Positions 49,368-59,730 of a stretch of DNA of 64,000 nt are shown one piece after another. The notes beneath the pieces are model-generated. The model was not told the DNA's origin. It saw nothing but the letters and a program-made list of their open reading frames with translations, and did not search any database. Numbering within the stretch: the first letter of the stretch is position 1; the number at the start of each line of letters is the position of its first letter. The stretch lies in the NCBI GenBank assembly GCA_965261085.1, contig OZ253442.1, forward strand, positions 2,720,001 through 2,784,000, written 5' to 3'. The translations under genes and the position numbers were made by a program. The DNA is from a bacterium. GTDB taxonomy: Bacteria > UBA8248.

Positions 49368-51653
49368 CTATTCACCATTTTTCTCGTTCAGGGCAGCCAA
49401 CACTTTTTCCGGCGTTATCGGCAGCGACGTGATTCGTACGCCCACGGCGTCATAGATAGCGTTCCCTATCGCCGCCGACGTTCCCAACTGCGCCATCTCG
49501 CCCAGCCCTTTCGCCCCATAGGGTCCCGAGGGATTTTCCGTCTCGATAAGCACGGCTTCGAGTTCGGGTAAATCCTGGGTCGTCGGCAGCTTGTAGTCGA
49601 GCCAGTTCGCGTTCACCGGCTGTCCGTCTTCGACTTCGAAATCCTCCATCATGGCGTAGCCCACGCCCATCAGCACGCCGCCGTCCAGTTGGCCCAGCGC
49701 GCCGGCTGGGTTCACGATGGTTCCGACGTCGTTCGTGCTGATGACCCGCAAGACCTCGAACGCGCCGGTTTCGGTGTCCACTTCCACCTCCGCCACCTTG
49801 GCGCCGTAGGCATAGGCCGCGGACCAGTTTCCATAACCCGTCACGGGGTCTGGCGTCTCGCTCGGCGAGTCATAAGAAGACGCCGTGTAGACGGCCTCGC
49901 TGCCCTCTTTTTCGTATATCTTCATGTAGGCTTCGCTGTGAGTCACCTGCCGCTCGGGAGAACTGGTGACGAAAATTTTGCCCTTTCGAGCGTCCAGGTC
50001 GTTCGGGTCGCACTCGAGCAGTTCCGCCGCGCCCTTGAAGAGCATGTTCTTCGCCTGGACCGCCGCCAGGCGCGTAGCCTCGCCGTCGATGGTCGTCGTA
50101 CGGCTTCCCCGCACGCCCCACCCGTAGGGGTTCACCGCAGTATCCCCGTTGATGATACGAACATCCTCCACGCGTACACCCAACGCTTCGGCGCAAATCT
50201 GCGCGAGCGTGGTGTCCGAGCCGTTGCCCATCTCGATCGTGCCCGAGAGCAACTGCACGGTGCCGTCCTTGTTCATCTTGATGAACGCGCCCGCCGTCTC
50301 CGGTCCCATTGCGCGCGCGCCGGTGAAATGAACCGCCGCGGCCAGCCCGAAGCCGCGCTTTTTCCCGTTGCTGCTCGGTTGTTCCTGACGCCAGGGCACG
50401 CGCTTGACCGCTTCCTGTACGCACTCGGAAACACCGCAACTCGTGATCTTGGCCCCGATGATGGTGGTGTCGCCCTTCCTCACGAAGTTCTTGATGCGAA
50501 ACTCCGCCGGGTCCATGCCGATTTCATCGGCGTGTTTCTCCATCGCGAGTTCAGAACCAAAGGAATAGCCGCCGTTGCCTATGCCGCGCATCGCGCCGCC
50601 GGGCGGCACGTTCGTGCAGACGACGTCGGCATGGTGGCGATAGGCCTTGTAGTTGTAGATGCTCCCGCCCATGTGCGCCGTGATGCCGCCGACCGCCGGG
50701 CCGTAATCGGAATAGCCGCCGTTTTCAACGACCATCCGGGTGTCGCGCGCCAGGAGCATGCCGTCCTTGTCCGTGGCGATGCGCCAGACGTGGAACTGCT
50801 TCGTCCGGTGGGTGCCGAGGAGGAACTCCTCTTCGCGGTCATAGTAGAATTTCACGGGAAGACCCAGCTTTTTCGCCGCGATGATCGAGAGGAAATCTAT
50901 GTTGAACTTACTCGTCGCCTTTCCGCCGAACCCCCCGCCCACGTAGTTCGTGATCACGCGAATCTGGGCCTCTGGAATCTTGAGGAGCTTGGAGAAATAC
51001 TGGCTCGAAAGACTCGGGCATTGCGAGGAGTTGTAGACCGTCACGTCGCCCTTTTGCGACCATTCGGCGATGGAGACGTGCATCTCGAAAGAACCGTGCA
51101 TCTGGCGCGAGGAGGACGTGGCCAACTCGCTCACGTGGTGAGCCTCGTCGAACATGCGGTCCACGTCGCCGAATTCCATGTGCTTGGTGAAGGCGATGTT
51201 ATTCGGGTATCTGTCATGGATGATGGGAGCGCCCTCTTGCATCGCTTCTTTCGGATCGAAGACGGCGGGAAGATCCTCGTAGTCGACGTCGATCAGATCG
51301 AGCGCCTCTTTCGCGATGTCTTCTGAAATCGCCACGACGGCGGCCACCGAGTCGCCCACGTGTCGCACCTTGTCCGAGGCGAGGGGACGCTGATCGTAGC
51401 AAACGGGTACGACGCCCCACTCCACTTCCTCGGGGATGTCCTTGGACGTCATCACGAGTTTGACGCCGGGTAGCCTCTCGGCGCGGCTGGTGTCGATGTT
51501 CTTGATTCGCGCGTGCGGAAGTGGACTTCCCAGCAGTTTTCCGTGAAGCATTTTGGGCAACTGGAGGTCCAGGGTGTACATGGCCCGGCCCGTCACCTTT
51601 TCCGGCCCATCGACGCGAGGCACGCTTTTTCCGACGTATGAGAGTTCAGCCAT
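49368..51653 (-). CDS. Xanthine dehydrogenase family molybdopterin-binding (large) subunit
   Basis: PRVDGPEKVTG, VGGGFGGK, AMRGIG, EMGNG, GPYGAKGLGE, NAIYDAVG. Confidence 0.95.
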   Translation of the reverse strand: MAELSYVGKSVPRVDGPEKVTGRAMYTLDLQLPKMLHGKLLGSPLPHARIKNIDTSRAERLPGVKLVMTSKDIPEEVEWGVVPVCYDQRPLASDKVRHVGDSVAAVVAISEDIAKEALDLIDVDYEDLPAVFDPKEAMQEGAPIIHDRYPNNIAFTKHMEFGDVDRMFDEAHHVSELATSSSRQMHGSFEMHVSIAEWSQKGDVTVYNSSQCPSLSSQYFSKLLKIPEAQIRVITNYVGGGFGGKATSKFNIDFLSIIAAKKLGLPVKFYYDREEEFLLGTHRTKQFHVWRIATDKDGMLLARDTRMVVENGGYSDYGPAVGGITAHMGGSIYNYKAYRHHADVVCTNVPPGGAMRGIGNGGYSFGSELAMEKHADEIGMDPAEFRIKNFVRKGDTTIIGAKITSCGVSECVQEAVKRVPWRQEQPSSNGKKRGFGLAAAVHFTGARAMGPETAGAFIKMNKDGTVQLLSGTIEMGNGSDTTLAQICAEALGVRVEDVRIINGDTAVNPYGWGVRGSRTTTIDGEATRLAAVQAKNMLFKGAAELLECDPNDLDARKGKIFVTSSPERQVTHSEAYMKIYEKEGSEAVYTASSYDSPSETPDPVTGYGNWSAAYAYGAKVAEVEVDTETGAFEVLRVISTNDVGTIVNPAGALGQLDGGVLMGVGYAMMEDFEVEDGQPVNANWLDYKLPTTQDLPELEAVLIETENPSGPYGAKGLGEMAQLGTSAAIGNAIYDAVGVRITSLPITPEKVLAALNEKNGE

Positions 51654-51947
51654 CACAACCTCCACTCGTTTGCGGCATCAAAGGGCATGCCGCAGGGCGC
51701 TTTTATGTTCTTGTCCTTTGCTTGATAATTGGATAGGTATGGCAATTCGATCACATCGCAATCTCCCGGGAGTCGACAGAACACGATGTCACCTTCTTTG
51801 CATTCTATGAGCCTATCATAACAACTCCAGGGGCAAAACAAAACCCCCCAAAAATCGACGACCGAGGCCCTTAAAACCCCTTCTGGGAACATCCCTACCG
51901 ACTTTCTCGCCAAAAAAGTTATAAGCTTAGGAAGACCTAAAACGCCT

Positions 51948-52805
51948 TCAACAACCTATATCTCGCCTCATTGCCTGCAATGAGTCAGATGCTTTTACTC
52001 TAGCCAAGTCACCGAGAAATGTGTCAGTGATTTTTTCTTTCTGACGTTCCGACATAGAAGCATGCTGTTCAGACTCATAATTTGCTTTAGCGTTCACATA
52101 ATCGAAAAATTCACTAGGAACATTCTGGCGACCAGAAATTGTACCGCCTTTGACGGCTACTCTCGTTCCCTGCCAGTCGCTGGGTCGATCATCGCGCAAA
52201 ACTCCGAAGATGAAAAAACGAGGAAGTTTCATATAAACCATATGACGATGGCTATTTTTTATTAAGTCTATGTGTATACTTCGCATCACATGTCGGTTGA
52301 TGTTGTGTGGAATATCTCCTCCAGTGGCATTTACAGAGCCCACCAAGAATAAGTGCTGGCGAAATTGGCCCGGGTGTGGACGGAGACCAATGAGAAACTC
52401 CTTCCAAATTTTTTCAGCTCTACCAACAGACTCACGCTCTGCGTCAGAGTAATCATCCAACCCATCTCCCTCCATAAACCAACGGAGCACACGCCACGAC
52501 AACGAAACGCAAAATCTTAAAAACCAAGGCCCATATCTAATTTGGGTGAGGCGATCTTCTACAAAAGGATAGAACAACTTACTCGCGAACTGCCTCTCGT
52601 TTTCACCCAAGATGCCCTCGCAAGAAGAACATAGCCAACGCTTTTTTTCACCATCTTGAACGCGCCTGTTCATTGTCTCAGCAAAACGGATATGTCCTGT
52701 TGCCGATGTCTCGCGCATCCAACGGAAAAGAAATGCAGGTAGAACGTGACTGTTTTGTAATTCGCAATAAGAATCGCAAAGATAGCAGTTCCCTAATATC
52801 ACCAT
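51948..52805 (-). CDS. Low-GC hypothetical protein with HNH-like Zn-binding N-terminus
   Basis: CYLC...SHVLP...LCSSCE; visibly AT-richer than flanks. Start uncertain (52805 or 52859). Confidence 0.6.
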   Translation of the reverse strand: MVILGNCYLCDSYCELQNSHVLPAFLFRWMRETSATGHIRFAETMNRRVQDGEKKRWLCSSCEGILGENERQFASKLFYPFVEDRLTQIRYGPWFLRFCVSLSWRVLRWFMEGDGLDDYSDAERESVGRAEKIWKEFLIGLRPHPGQFRQHLFLVGSVNATGGDIPHNINRHVMRSIHIDLIKNSHRHMVYMKLPRFFIFGVLRDDRPSDWQGTRVAVKGGTISGRQNVPSEFFDYVNAKANYESEQHASMSERQKEKITDTFLGDLARVKASDSLQAMRRDIGC

Positions 52806-53075
52806 ATTTTCCCTCAAAACACTTAACGGAGCGTGTGAACCCGCCATGCAATATTCCAAAATCTAAATTATCGATCCAAACTTCGATCATTAAACATATA
52901 TTACACTACACACACAGAATGAATTCTAAAATTTATACATGAGGCCATGTTCGCCACTTTGAGAAATCCTCAGTTCCGCTTTCTCCCCTTCGGCTTGTGG
53001 TGTATCATCCGCCGTATTGAACCCGAAAAATGAACTTTCGGATCACCCCATAGACACCAAAACTGGAGTAACGCA

Positions 53076-53822
53076 ATGCCCATTCGTTTCGATTTCCAGG
53101 GCCGAAAGGTCATCCTCACGGGCGCGGCGGGCGCCATGGGAAGCCGCATCCTGCAAGGATACCTGGAAGCCGGCGCCAAGGTTTTCGCCACCGACAGGGA
53201 AGGCGAGACCTTCGGCGCAATAGACGGCCCGTCCGATCAACTCTTCAAGCTCCCCTGCGATTTGGCCGACGTGGACGCCATCCGCACCACGATGCGCACG
53301 GCTCTCGAGTGGCTGGGCGGCTGCGACGTACTGGCGAACGTGGCCGGCTACATGCCGATTCGCCCCCCGATGGAACTCGAAGAAGCGGACTGGGAGGTAG
53401 TGCTCGGCGTGAACCTGCTCGCCCCTTATTTCTGCATTCAGGAGACCATCGAGGCGCTCAAGGCCTCTGGCACGGGACGCATCATCAGTTTCGCCTCCAT
53501 CGCCGGTAAAATGGGGGGCATCGGCCCGAATCTCACCTACGCCGCCGCCAAGGCGGGCCTGCTCGCCATGACGTTCAACCTGGCGCGGGAACTCGCCAAG
53601 ACGGGCGTGACGATCAACACCATTCAGCCGGGCCCGGCCGATACGGGCCTTCACTTCCAGTCCCCGCCCGAGATGCTGGTGAACGCAGCGAACGCCCACC
53701 CTATGGGCAGGCTCACGACGCCCGAGGACGTGTGGCACACCGTCTTGTTCCTAACGAGCGAGGAGGCCGCCCACATCAACGGAGAAGCCGTGGACGTGAA
53801 CGGCGGTTTCTGGACGGATTAG
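53076..53822 (+). CDS. Short-chain dehydrogenase/reductase
   Basis: TGAAGAMG, NVAG, YAAAK, PG, VNGG. Confidence 0.9.
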   Translation: MPIRFDFQGRKVILTGAAGAMGSRILQGYLEAGAKVFATDREGETFGAIDGPSDQLFKLPCDLADVDAIRTTMRTALEWLGGCDVLANVAGYMPIRPPMELEEADWEVVLGVNLLAPYFCIQETIEALKASGTGRIISFASIAGKMGGIGPNLTYAAAKAGLLAMTFNLARELAKTGVTINTIQPGPADTGLHFQSPPEMLVNAANAHPMGRLTTPEDVWHTVLFLTSEEAAHINGEAVDVNGGFWTD

Positions 53823-53837
53823 AAGGAGGAGAACACC

Positions 53838-54674
53838 ATGTCGAGTGACAACCCGAAAGGCTATGCGAATCCCGACCTGCTCTGGTCGGTCGAACAACTC
53901 AAAGAGCGCATGGACGACCCGAACTTAAGAATCATCGACACCCGCCCCGGCGAGCGCTACACGATGGGCCACATCCCCGGCGCGCGTCATTTCGACGTCT
54001 ACGGCGTGAACAGCGATGATTCGGACGAGGCTCCGCTCAGGAATTTCTTCTCCATGTGGGCGTTTTTGCTGGGAAACCGGGGGGTGTCGTTCGAGAACAC
54101 CATCGTCTTCTACGACGACTTCGTCGGCAACACGAGCGTGCGCGGCTTCTGGATGCTGGAGCTTTTCGGCCATAAGGACGTCCACATCCTGGACGGCGGC
54201 TACGGCGCATGGGAGCGGGCGGGCTTCGAGACGACGCGGGACGCCGAAGTTCCCCGGGCCGTCCCCTTCAAAATGGCGTTCGAGCCGCACCGCCTCGCCA
54301 CGCGCGAGGACGTACTGGCGGCCATCGAGGATGACAACCACATGCTGCTCGACACCCGCTCGGTAGAGGAATGGGAGGGGCGGAGCATGCGCGCCAAACG
54401 AGGAGGAATCATCCCAGGAGCCGTCTGGCAGGAGTGGCTCCAGCACTTGACGCCCGAGGGCGAGATGAAGCCCGCGGACGAACTGAGAGCGCAGTTCGCG
54501 GCTATCGGGATCACGCCCGAAAAAGAAGTAACCGCCTACTGACAGACGGGCTACCGTGCGGCGCACGGTTACTTCGCCCTGCGGCTTCTGGATTACCCCA
54601 AAATCAGAAACTACATGAGTTCCTGGAAGGAATGGGGCAATCGCGAGGACACGCCCATCGCACAGGCCCAGTAG
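53838..54674 (+). CDS. Two-domain rhodanese/sulfurtransferase, probable selenoprotein (YUQTGYRA), 278 aa
   Basis: GHIPGA, ILDGG, LLDTRS..E, IPGA. In-frame TGA at 54540-54542 at the catalytic Cys position; the frame continues [43 protein letters not shown] to TAG 54674. Confidence 0.9.
54543..54579 (+). promoter_or_regulatory. Bacterial SECIS-like hairpin
   Basis: Perfect stem ACCGTGC-GGC-GCACGGT (54553-54569) starting 11 nt after the UGA, G in the apical loop; lower pairing GGGC/GCCC. Confidence 0.7.
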
Positions 54675-54901
54675 AAAATCGAAGTCGCCTGCGTGTATAA
54701 ATAATATGATAGATACAGGTTCACGATATAAAACTTTCACGGCCCGAAGCGTTCGACGGCCGAACTCGTCTCCGTCACGCCCTCAGGCCTGAGCACGCTC
54801 TCGCAGTATTACTGGATCGAGAAAATCGATTTGAAGAGATCCGGGAAGTAAAGCCGAGACGCTCCCCACTCGCATCATACCCCTGTTACGTCTGTGTTGG
54901 C

Positions 54902-55327
54902 CTACACCTGCCTCGGATGCAGTTCTTCGTACTTACCGTGGTCCGTGTCGATGCCCGCCATATGGCGAAATATCTCTTCATATCCCGGGGGTGAGAACAT
55001 CCAGAGGAGTTTCAGGGGAACGTCGCCCGTGTTCCTGAGGCCATGCGTCACGCCCACGGGCAGAAAGGCGGTCATGCCCGCCTTGACGTGATGGACCTCG
55101 CCGTCCACTTCCACCTCGGCTTCCCCTTCGTGGAAGAACAGGATTTCCTCTTCTTTTTCATGAAGATGGACGGGGATGCCGCCGCCGACGGGGATGTCCT
55201 GATTCCCCATACTGAGCATTCGGGAGTTCGTATTCCGGGGGTCGATGAGAATACGCCAGCCCCGGGGCAATTCGATGTCTTCCATCTCGATCTTTTCGCC
55301 GTCGTCCCAATTGAACACGTATGACAT
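54902..55327 (-). CDS. Cupin domain protein
   Basis: PVHLHEKEEEILF, G....PVGVTHGLRNTG. Confidence 0.9.
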   Translation of the reverse strand: MSYVFNWDDGEKIEMEDIELPRGWRILIDPRNTNSRMLSMGNQDIPVGGGIPVHLHEKEEEILFFHEGEAEVEVDGEVHHVKAGMTAFLPVGVTHGLRNTGDVPLKLLWMFSPPGYEEIFRHMAGIDTDHGKYEELHPRQV

Positions 55328-55389
55328 GCGGATTCCCTCCCCAGCCTTGGCGCTCGCGTGGGCGTGGGGCGCACCGGGTGAGCGGCGCG

Positions 55390-56427
55390 TCAGGCCATCG
55401 CGGGCGCGACCTCTTTGGCGAATCTCTCCAGAAGTCTGAGAGACTCCTCGTGTTTCATCCCGTCGCCGTAAACGCCGAGAATCACGTGGTTCAGCCCAAA
55501 ATCGTCCCTTAATCGATAAAGCTCCTGAATGTTCTCTTTCGCGGAGCCGATGACGCCGCCGCCTTTCAAGAACTCGCGCACGTCAAGCTTGTAGCTCCAG
55601 TTGCGCCGGAGGTGCCTCCCCTCCTCGTCCGTGAACTCCACCTCGTTCACCCTGGAGCGGTATTCGAGATAGGAGGAAAGCCCGCGCTCGAAAGTTTTCA
55701 GATAATCGGCCTGCTCGTTGTCCTCACAGACGTAGAAGCGATGCGTCATGGTGTAGTCGATGTCGGAGGTATCTCCCCCGGCCGCCGCCACGGCCTCCTC
55801 GTAGAGCTTCATCTTCTCGCGGTAGACTTTAGGGCCTTTGAAGCCGGCCGAGGCCATGATCTTGAACCCGTTCTCGCCTGCGTAGGTGTAGGTCTCGGGA
55901 CTCGTTCCGGCGAGCCAGATGGGCGGCCTCGGCTTTTGGATGGGTCGGGGGAAAATCTGCACGTCCTTGCACTGGTAATACTCGCCCTCGAAGGTCATCT
56001 GCTCGCCTTCCAGGAGCCTCGAGACGATCTCCATGCCTTCTACGAGGCGCTTTCTGCTCTCGGAGGGTTTTACGCCGAAAGTCTTGAATTCCTTGGGCTG
56101 GGAACCCCGGCCCACGCCCAGTTCCAGCCGTCCGCCGCTAAGCAGATCGACCACCGCCGCCTGCTCGGCAAGACGCACTGGATTGTGGAAAGGCATGATG
56201 GAAATCGCCGTGCCCAGGCGGATGTTTTTCGTCTTCTGCGCCAGCGCCGCGCACCATAGCAGCGGGTCGGGGCACATACCAACTTTTGAGAAATGATGCT
56301 CCGCGAACCAGGCGCAGTAGTAGCCTAGTTCATCCGCCGCCTGGCACTGCTCCATCACCTTCTGGTAGGCGTCGGCTTCTGATTCATCCCCCTCGGGACA
56401 AATCACGTAAAAAATCGAGAATTTCAT
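55390..56427 (-). CDS. Luciferase-like (LLM) flavin-dependent monooxygenase
   Basis: WFAEHHFS, IRLGTA, HNPVRLAE, DLLSGGRLELGVGRG, PIQKPRPPIW. Confidence 0.92.
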   Translation of the reverse strand: MKFSIFYVICPEGDESEADAYQKVMEQCQAADELGYYCAWFAEHHFSKVGMCPDPLLWCAALAQKTKNIRLGTAISIMPFHNPVRLAEQAAVVDLLSGGRLELGVGRGSQPKEFKTFGVKPSESRKRLVEGMEIVSRLLEGEQMTFEGEYYQCKDVQIFPRPIQKPRPPIWLAGTSPETYTYAGENGFKIMASAGFKGPKVYREKMKLYEEAVAAAGGDTSDIDYTMTHRFYVCEDNEQADYLKTFERGLSSYLEYRSRVNEVEFTDEEGRHLRRNWSYKLDVREFLKGGGVIGSAKENIQELYRLRDDFGLNHVILGVYGDGMKHEESLRLLERFAKEVAPAMA

Positions 56428-56617
56428 GTCACCTCATCCTTCGTCTTCTTGCTGAATACGTAGTCTTGACACCGCTCCCCCCCCTTCTCGGGCGGTATTA
56501 TCGTCTCATAGAACTCCCAAGCTACCATCTTATTCACGGCCTGAGAAGCGCTCAAGCCTTGGGCGACAATTTTTCCGACCTGGGCTAGGATGAGGCCTCA
56601 TTCAGAGGAGAAATTAC

Positions 56618-57367
56618 ATGCGTTTCGAGAACAAGACCATCATCGTTACGGGCGCGGGAGGAGGTATCGGCCGGGCGGGCGCGCTCAGGCTCGCGCGCGA
56701 GGGTGCGCACGTCATCTGTATGGACATCGCCGATTCACGCGAGGATACCGCGAGGCGCATCAAAGAATGCGGCGTTGGCAGTGCGAACGCGATGGCCTTC
56801 GACGCATTCGACTCTGAAGACGTGAAACGAGTCTTTCAGGAGGCGATTTCGACGCACGGGCCAATTGATGGCCTCGTCAACTGCGTCGGAGGGGGGCTTC
56901 CCCTCTCGGCGCTGGATATCGACGAGGACGCCTTCGATAAAATGTTCGACATGAACGTGAAGACCACCTACCGCGCCTGTTGGGCGGTGCTGCCCCACAT
57001 GCAGGAGCGAAGGAGCGGCAAAATCGTCAATTTCTCCTCCGTCGCGGGCCGCTCGGCCAGCGTGCTCCAGGGGCCGCACTACTCAAGCGCCAAGGCCGCC
57101 GTCATCGGACTGACGCGCCATCTGGCGCGCGAGTTCGGCCCGCACAACATCAACGTGAACGCCATCGCCCCGGGCGTCGTCGGCACCGAGCGCATCCTGG
57201 AGCAAATGAGCGATGCGCAAAGGCAAAAAACAGAAGCCGCCACTCCCCTTGGCCGCATCGCTACGCCTGAGGACATCGCGGGCGTCGTCGCCTTTCTCGC
57301 CTCGGACGACGCGCGCCACGTCACCGGCGTCACCATCGACGTGAACGGGGGATTTTTCCTGGCCTAG
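56618..57367 (+). CDS. Short-chain dehydrogenase/reductase (FabG-like)
   Basis: TGAGGGIG, SSVAG, YSSAK, NAIAPG, VNGG. Confidence 0.92.
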   Translation: MRFENKTIIVTGAGGGIGRAGALRLAREGAHVICMDIADSREDTARRIKECGVGSANAMAFDAFDSEDVKRVFQEAISTHGPIDGLVNCVGGGLPLSALDIDEDAFDKMFDMNVKTTYRACWAVLPHMQERRSGKIVNFSSVAGRSASVLQGPHYSSAKAAVIGLTRHLAREFGPHNINVNAIAPGVVGTERILEQMSDAQRQKTEAATPLGRIATPEDIAGVVAFLASDDARHVTGVTIDVNGGFFLA

Positions 57368-57644
57368 ATGGTGGGGATTTTTCCGGGCGCCGTCACCTTG
57401 ATATAGCCTGCGCATCGACCCAAAGCGTGTATCCGATTCGGGAAAGTATTCACGCCCCCGAAGCAGAATTTCAGCAGGAGGCATCAGCGTCCAGGGGCAT
57501 ACCTCTCCAACTTGGCGTTATCCCTCGGTAGATTCCGCTTCCAGAGGCGCAGCGTTTTTCAGGTATTTCATCTGACTTTCCTCCTTGGTGAATAGTAATG
57601 CACGAAATAAAACGATTCCCAGAATCTACGTACAATAACGGGAA

Positions 57645-58133
57645 TCAAGAAATTTCATCTTCTTCACGAAACGTGTCGATATCGCAATACAACTCGATGT
57701 AGTTACCGTCCGGGTCGCAGAAATAAAAAGCGCGGTTGCCGCTGCCCTGCTCGAACCCGTCTCCCTCGGGCCCATGCACCAAAGGGCCGTATTCAATCTT
57801 GACGCCGCACTCTTTCACATGCCGAAGCGCCTTGAGCCACTCTCCCCGGTTCAGCACTTCGAAGGCCAGGTGCTGAAAACCCGGCTTGGCCTCCGCCATG
57901 GAATTACCTGATTCGGGATAGAGCCCCGAGGCATCTTCCGGGGCCTGAAAGAATACGACTTCATGGTGGGTGATATCGCAGCGCAAAAATACAGAAGCGC
58001 CTCCCGGCACCATTACTCCCGGGCCGCTTCTGCTCGTTACCTTGAAACCCAGCACCCGGGTGTAGAAATCCTCCATCCGGGCCAGATCTTTCGTCCAGAA
58101 TCCGACGTGCCCTATCTTTGTCGTCTTGAACAT
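57645..58133 (-). CDS. VOC/glyoxalase family protein
   Basis: IGHVG, FYTRVLGF, HHE, GFQHLAF, YFCDPDGNYIE. Confidence 0.88.
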   Translation of the reverse strand: MFKTTKIGHVGFWTKDLARMEDFYTRVLGFKVTSRSGPGVMVPGGASVFLRCDITHHEVVFFQAPEDASGLYPESGNSMAEAKPGFQHLAFEVLNRGEWLKALRHVKECGVKIEYGPLVHGPEGDGFEQGSGNRAFYFCDPDGNYIELYCDIDTFREEDEIS

Positions 58134-58338
58134 AAACGCTCGGTTCATTCTCGGGCGAATATCGAGAGGAACAAACAAATAAACTGCGCCTTCGGCATCG
58201 CCCATACAACCATGTATGAAATCAAAATTCCGTATGGAAAAATCTTAAATCATACCGGACGGTTAAATCAAGAAACATCACCGTTTTGCGATAAAAACCA
58301 AACCGTACGGATGGGCCTCGAAAACGGCATGAATCTCC

Positions 58339-59694
58339 TTATCCGATATCCGGAAATTCAGAGACCCAGCCCAGTTCCGCCTCACACCAGCGGGCGGCGG
58401 AGAGAAGAGCGGCCTCACCGAAACGGCGTCCGCCCAGTTGAATCCCGATGGGTAGATTCTCATCTCCCCTGCCCACGGGAAGGGTGATAGCCGGAAACCC
58501 GATTTGCGTGAAGGGCTCGTTGAACAGGGCGTTTCCGGTAGATTCCTCGGCGATGGGGGGGCGCTCCACTTGGGAGGGCAAGATGACGAGGTCGAAGTTT
58601 TGGAAAAAATCCTCCATCCTCTGAATGAAGCGGGCGCGAAAGCGCAGGGCGTTCACGTAGTGAACCGCAGGCGTCATGAGGCCCGTGGAGATATTTTTTC
58701 GAATCTGGGAAGCATAGGCGTCTTGATTCTCCAGAAACATCTTGTCGTGATAGGCGGCCGCCTCGACGCGCATGATGATGCGGTGCGCCGCGTGCATCTC
58801 GTCCACTTCCACCGGTAGTTTTGCTTCCTGCACGTCCACGCCATAGGCTTTCAAGCTCGCGACGCACTCTTCTATGCGTCCGGCCACCTCTTCGCTCGCA
58901 TGCGGGAGGAGATCCTCTTTCCAGAAACATGCCCGCTTCGGTTTCGCCGGTGCTGAGGCTTGGGCGTAATCGGGCACCGCGACGTCGGGCGCTTGGGCGT
59001 CAAGCCCATCCGCGCCTGAAATGGCCGTCAGAACGCGCGCCGCATCCTCGGCGCACCTTGTAATGACGCCCACGTGGTCCAGATTCCAGGAGACCGTGAT
59101 CAGCCCGCTTCTCGGTATCCGGCCATAGGTGGGCTTGAGCCCCACTACCCCGCAAAACGCAGAAGGCCGCAAGGTCGATCCACCCGTCTGGCTCCCCAGA
59201 GCCGCCGGGACCATTCCTGTGGCAACGGCGGCTGCGGAGCCGCTGCTCGAGCCACCCGGGCTTCTCTTGAAATTCCATGGATTTCGCGTTTCCGAGGGAT
59301 CGGAGGTGGCGAATTGCGTGGTGACCGTCTTGCCGAGGCATAGCGCGCCCGCATTTTTCAAGCGCGTCGTGACGGTGGCGTCCTCATCCGCTATATAGCC
59401 TTTGAGCAGAGGAGAGTTCGCCTCGCGCGGCAGACCGACGACGTCCACGATGTCCTTATAGCCGATGGCGGCGCCCCCGAGCGCACCACTCCCCTGCCCG
59501 TCGGCAAGACGCTCATCGACAGCCTTCGCACCTGCGAGCGCGCCCTCCCTGTCCACGTGCGCCCACGCCAGGAGTTTTCCATCGAGCGCATCGACCCGCT
59601 CCAGCAAAGAACGCGTCCATTCAGTAGCGGACAAGCCGCCTTCCTCGATTTTTCTCAGCCCATCAGAGAGGCTTAAACGCCAAGGTTCACTCAT
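58339..59694 (-). CDS. Amidase signature family enzyme (GatA/AtzE-like)
   Basis: YKD, GKTVTTQFA, PGGSSSGSAAAVA, GSQTGGSTLRPSAFCG, GLKPTYG. Confidence 0.93.
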   Translation of the reverse strand: MSEPWRLSLSDGLRKIEEGGLSATEWTRSLLERVDALDGKLLAWAHVDREGALAGAKAVDERLADGQGSGALGGAAIGYKDIVDVVGLPREANSPLLKGYIADEDATVTTRLKNAGALCLGKTVTTQFATSDPSETRNPWNFKRSPGGSSSGSAAAVATGMVPAALGSQTGGSTLRPSAFCGVVGLKPTYGRIPRSGLITVSWNLDHVGVITRCAEDAARVLTAISGADGLDAQAPDVAVPDYAQASAPAKPKRACFWKEDLLPHASEEVAGRIEECVASLKAYGVDVQEAKLPVEVDEMHAAHRIIMRVEAAAYHDKMFLENQDAYASQIRKNISTGLMTPAVHYVNALRFRARFIQRMEDFFQNFDLVILPSQVERPPIAEESTGNALFNEPFTQIGFPAITLPVGRGDENLPIGIQLGGRRFGEAALLSAARWCEAELGWVSEFPDIG

Positions 59695-59730
59695 TTTTCA
59701 CTCCCCTACTTTTGTATCGTTCGCCATGAC

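Noticed and set aside
54732-54851. 39-codon open stretch (...SQYYWIEKIDLKRSGK) after the rhodanese
   Set aside because: No start codon or RBS; it may be a gene remnant but no family could be recognised.
59694-59727. Third selenoprotein: in-frame ATG...TGA just upstream of the amidase ATG
   Set aside because: The TGA follows the amidase RBS (GGGGAG), does not align to any conserved Cys and lies outside the amidase domain.
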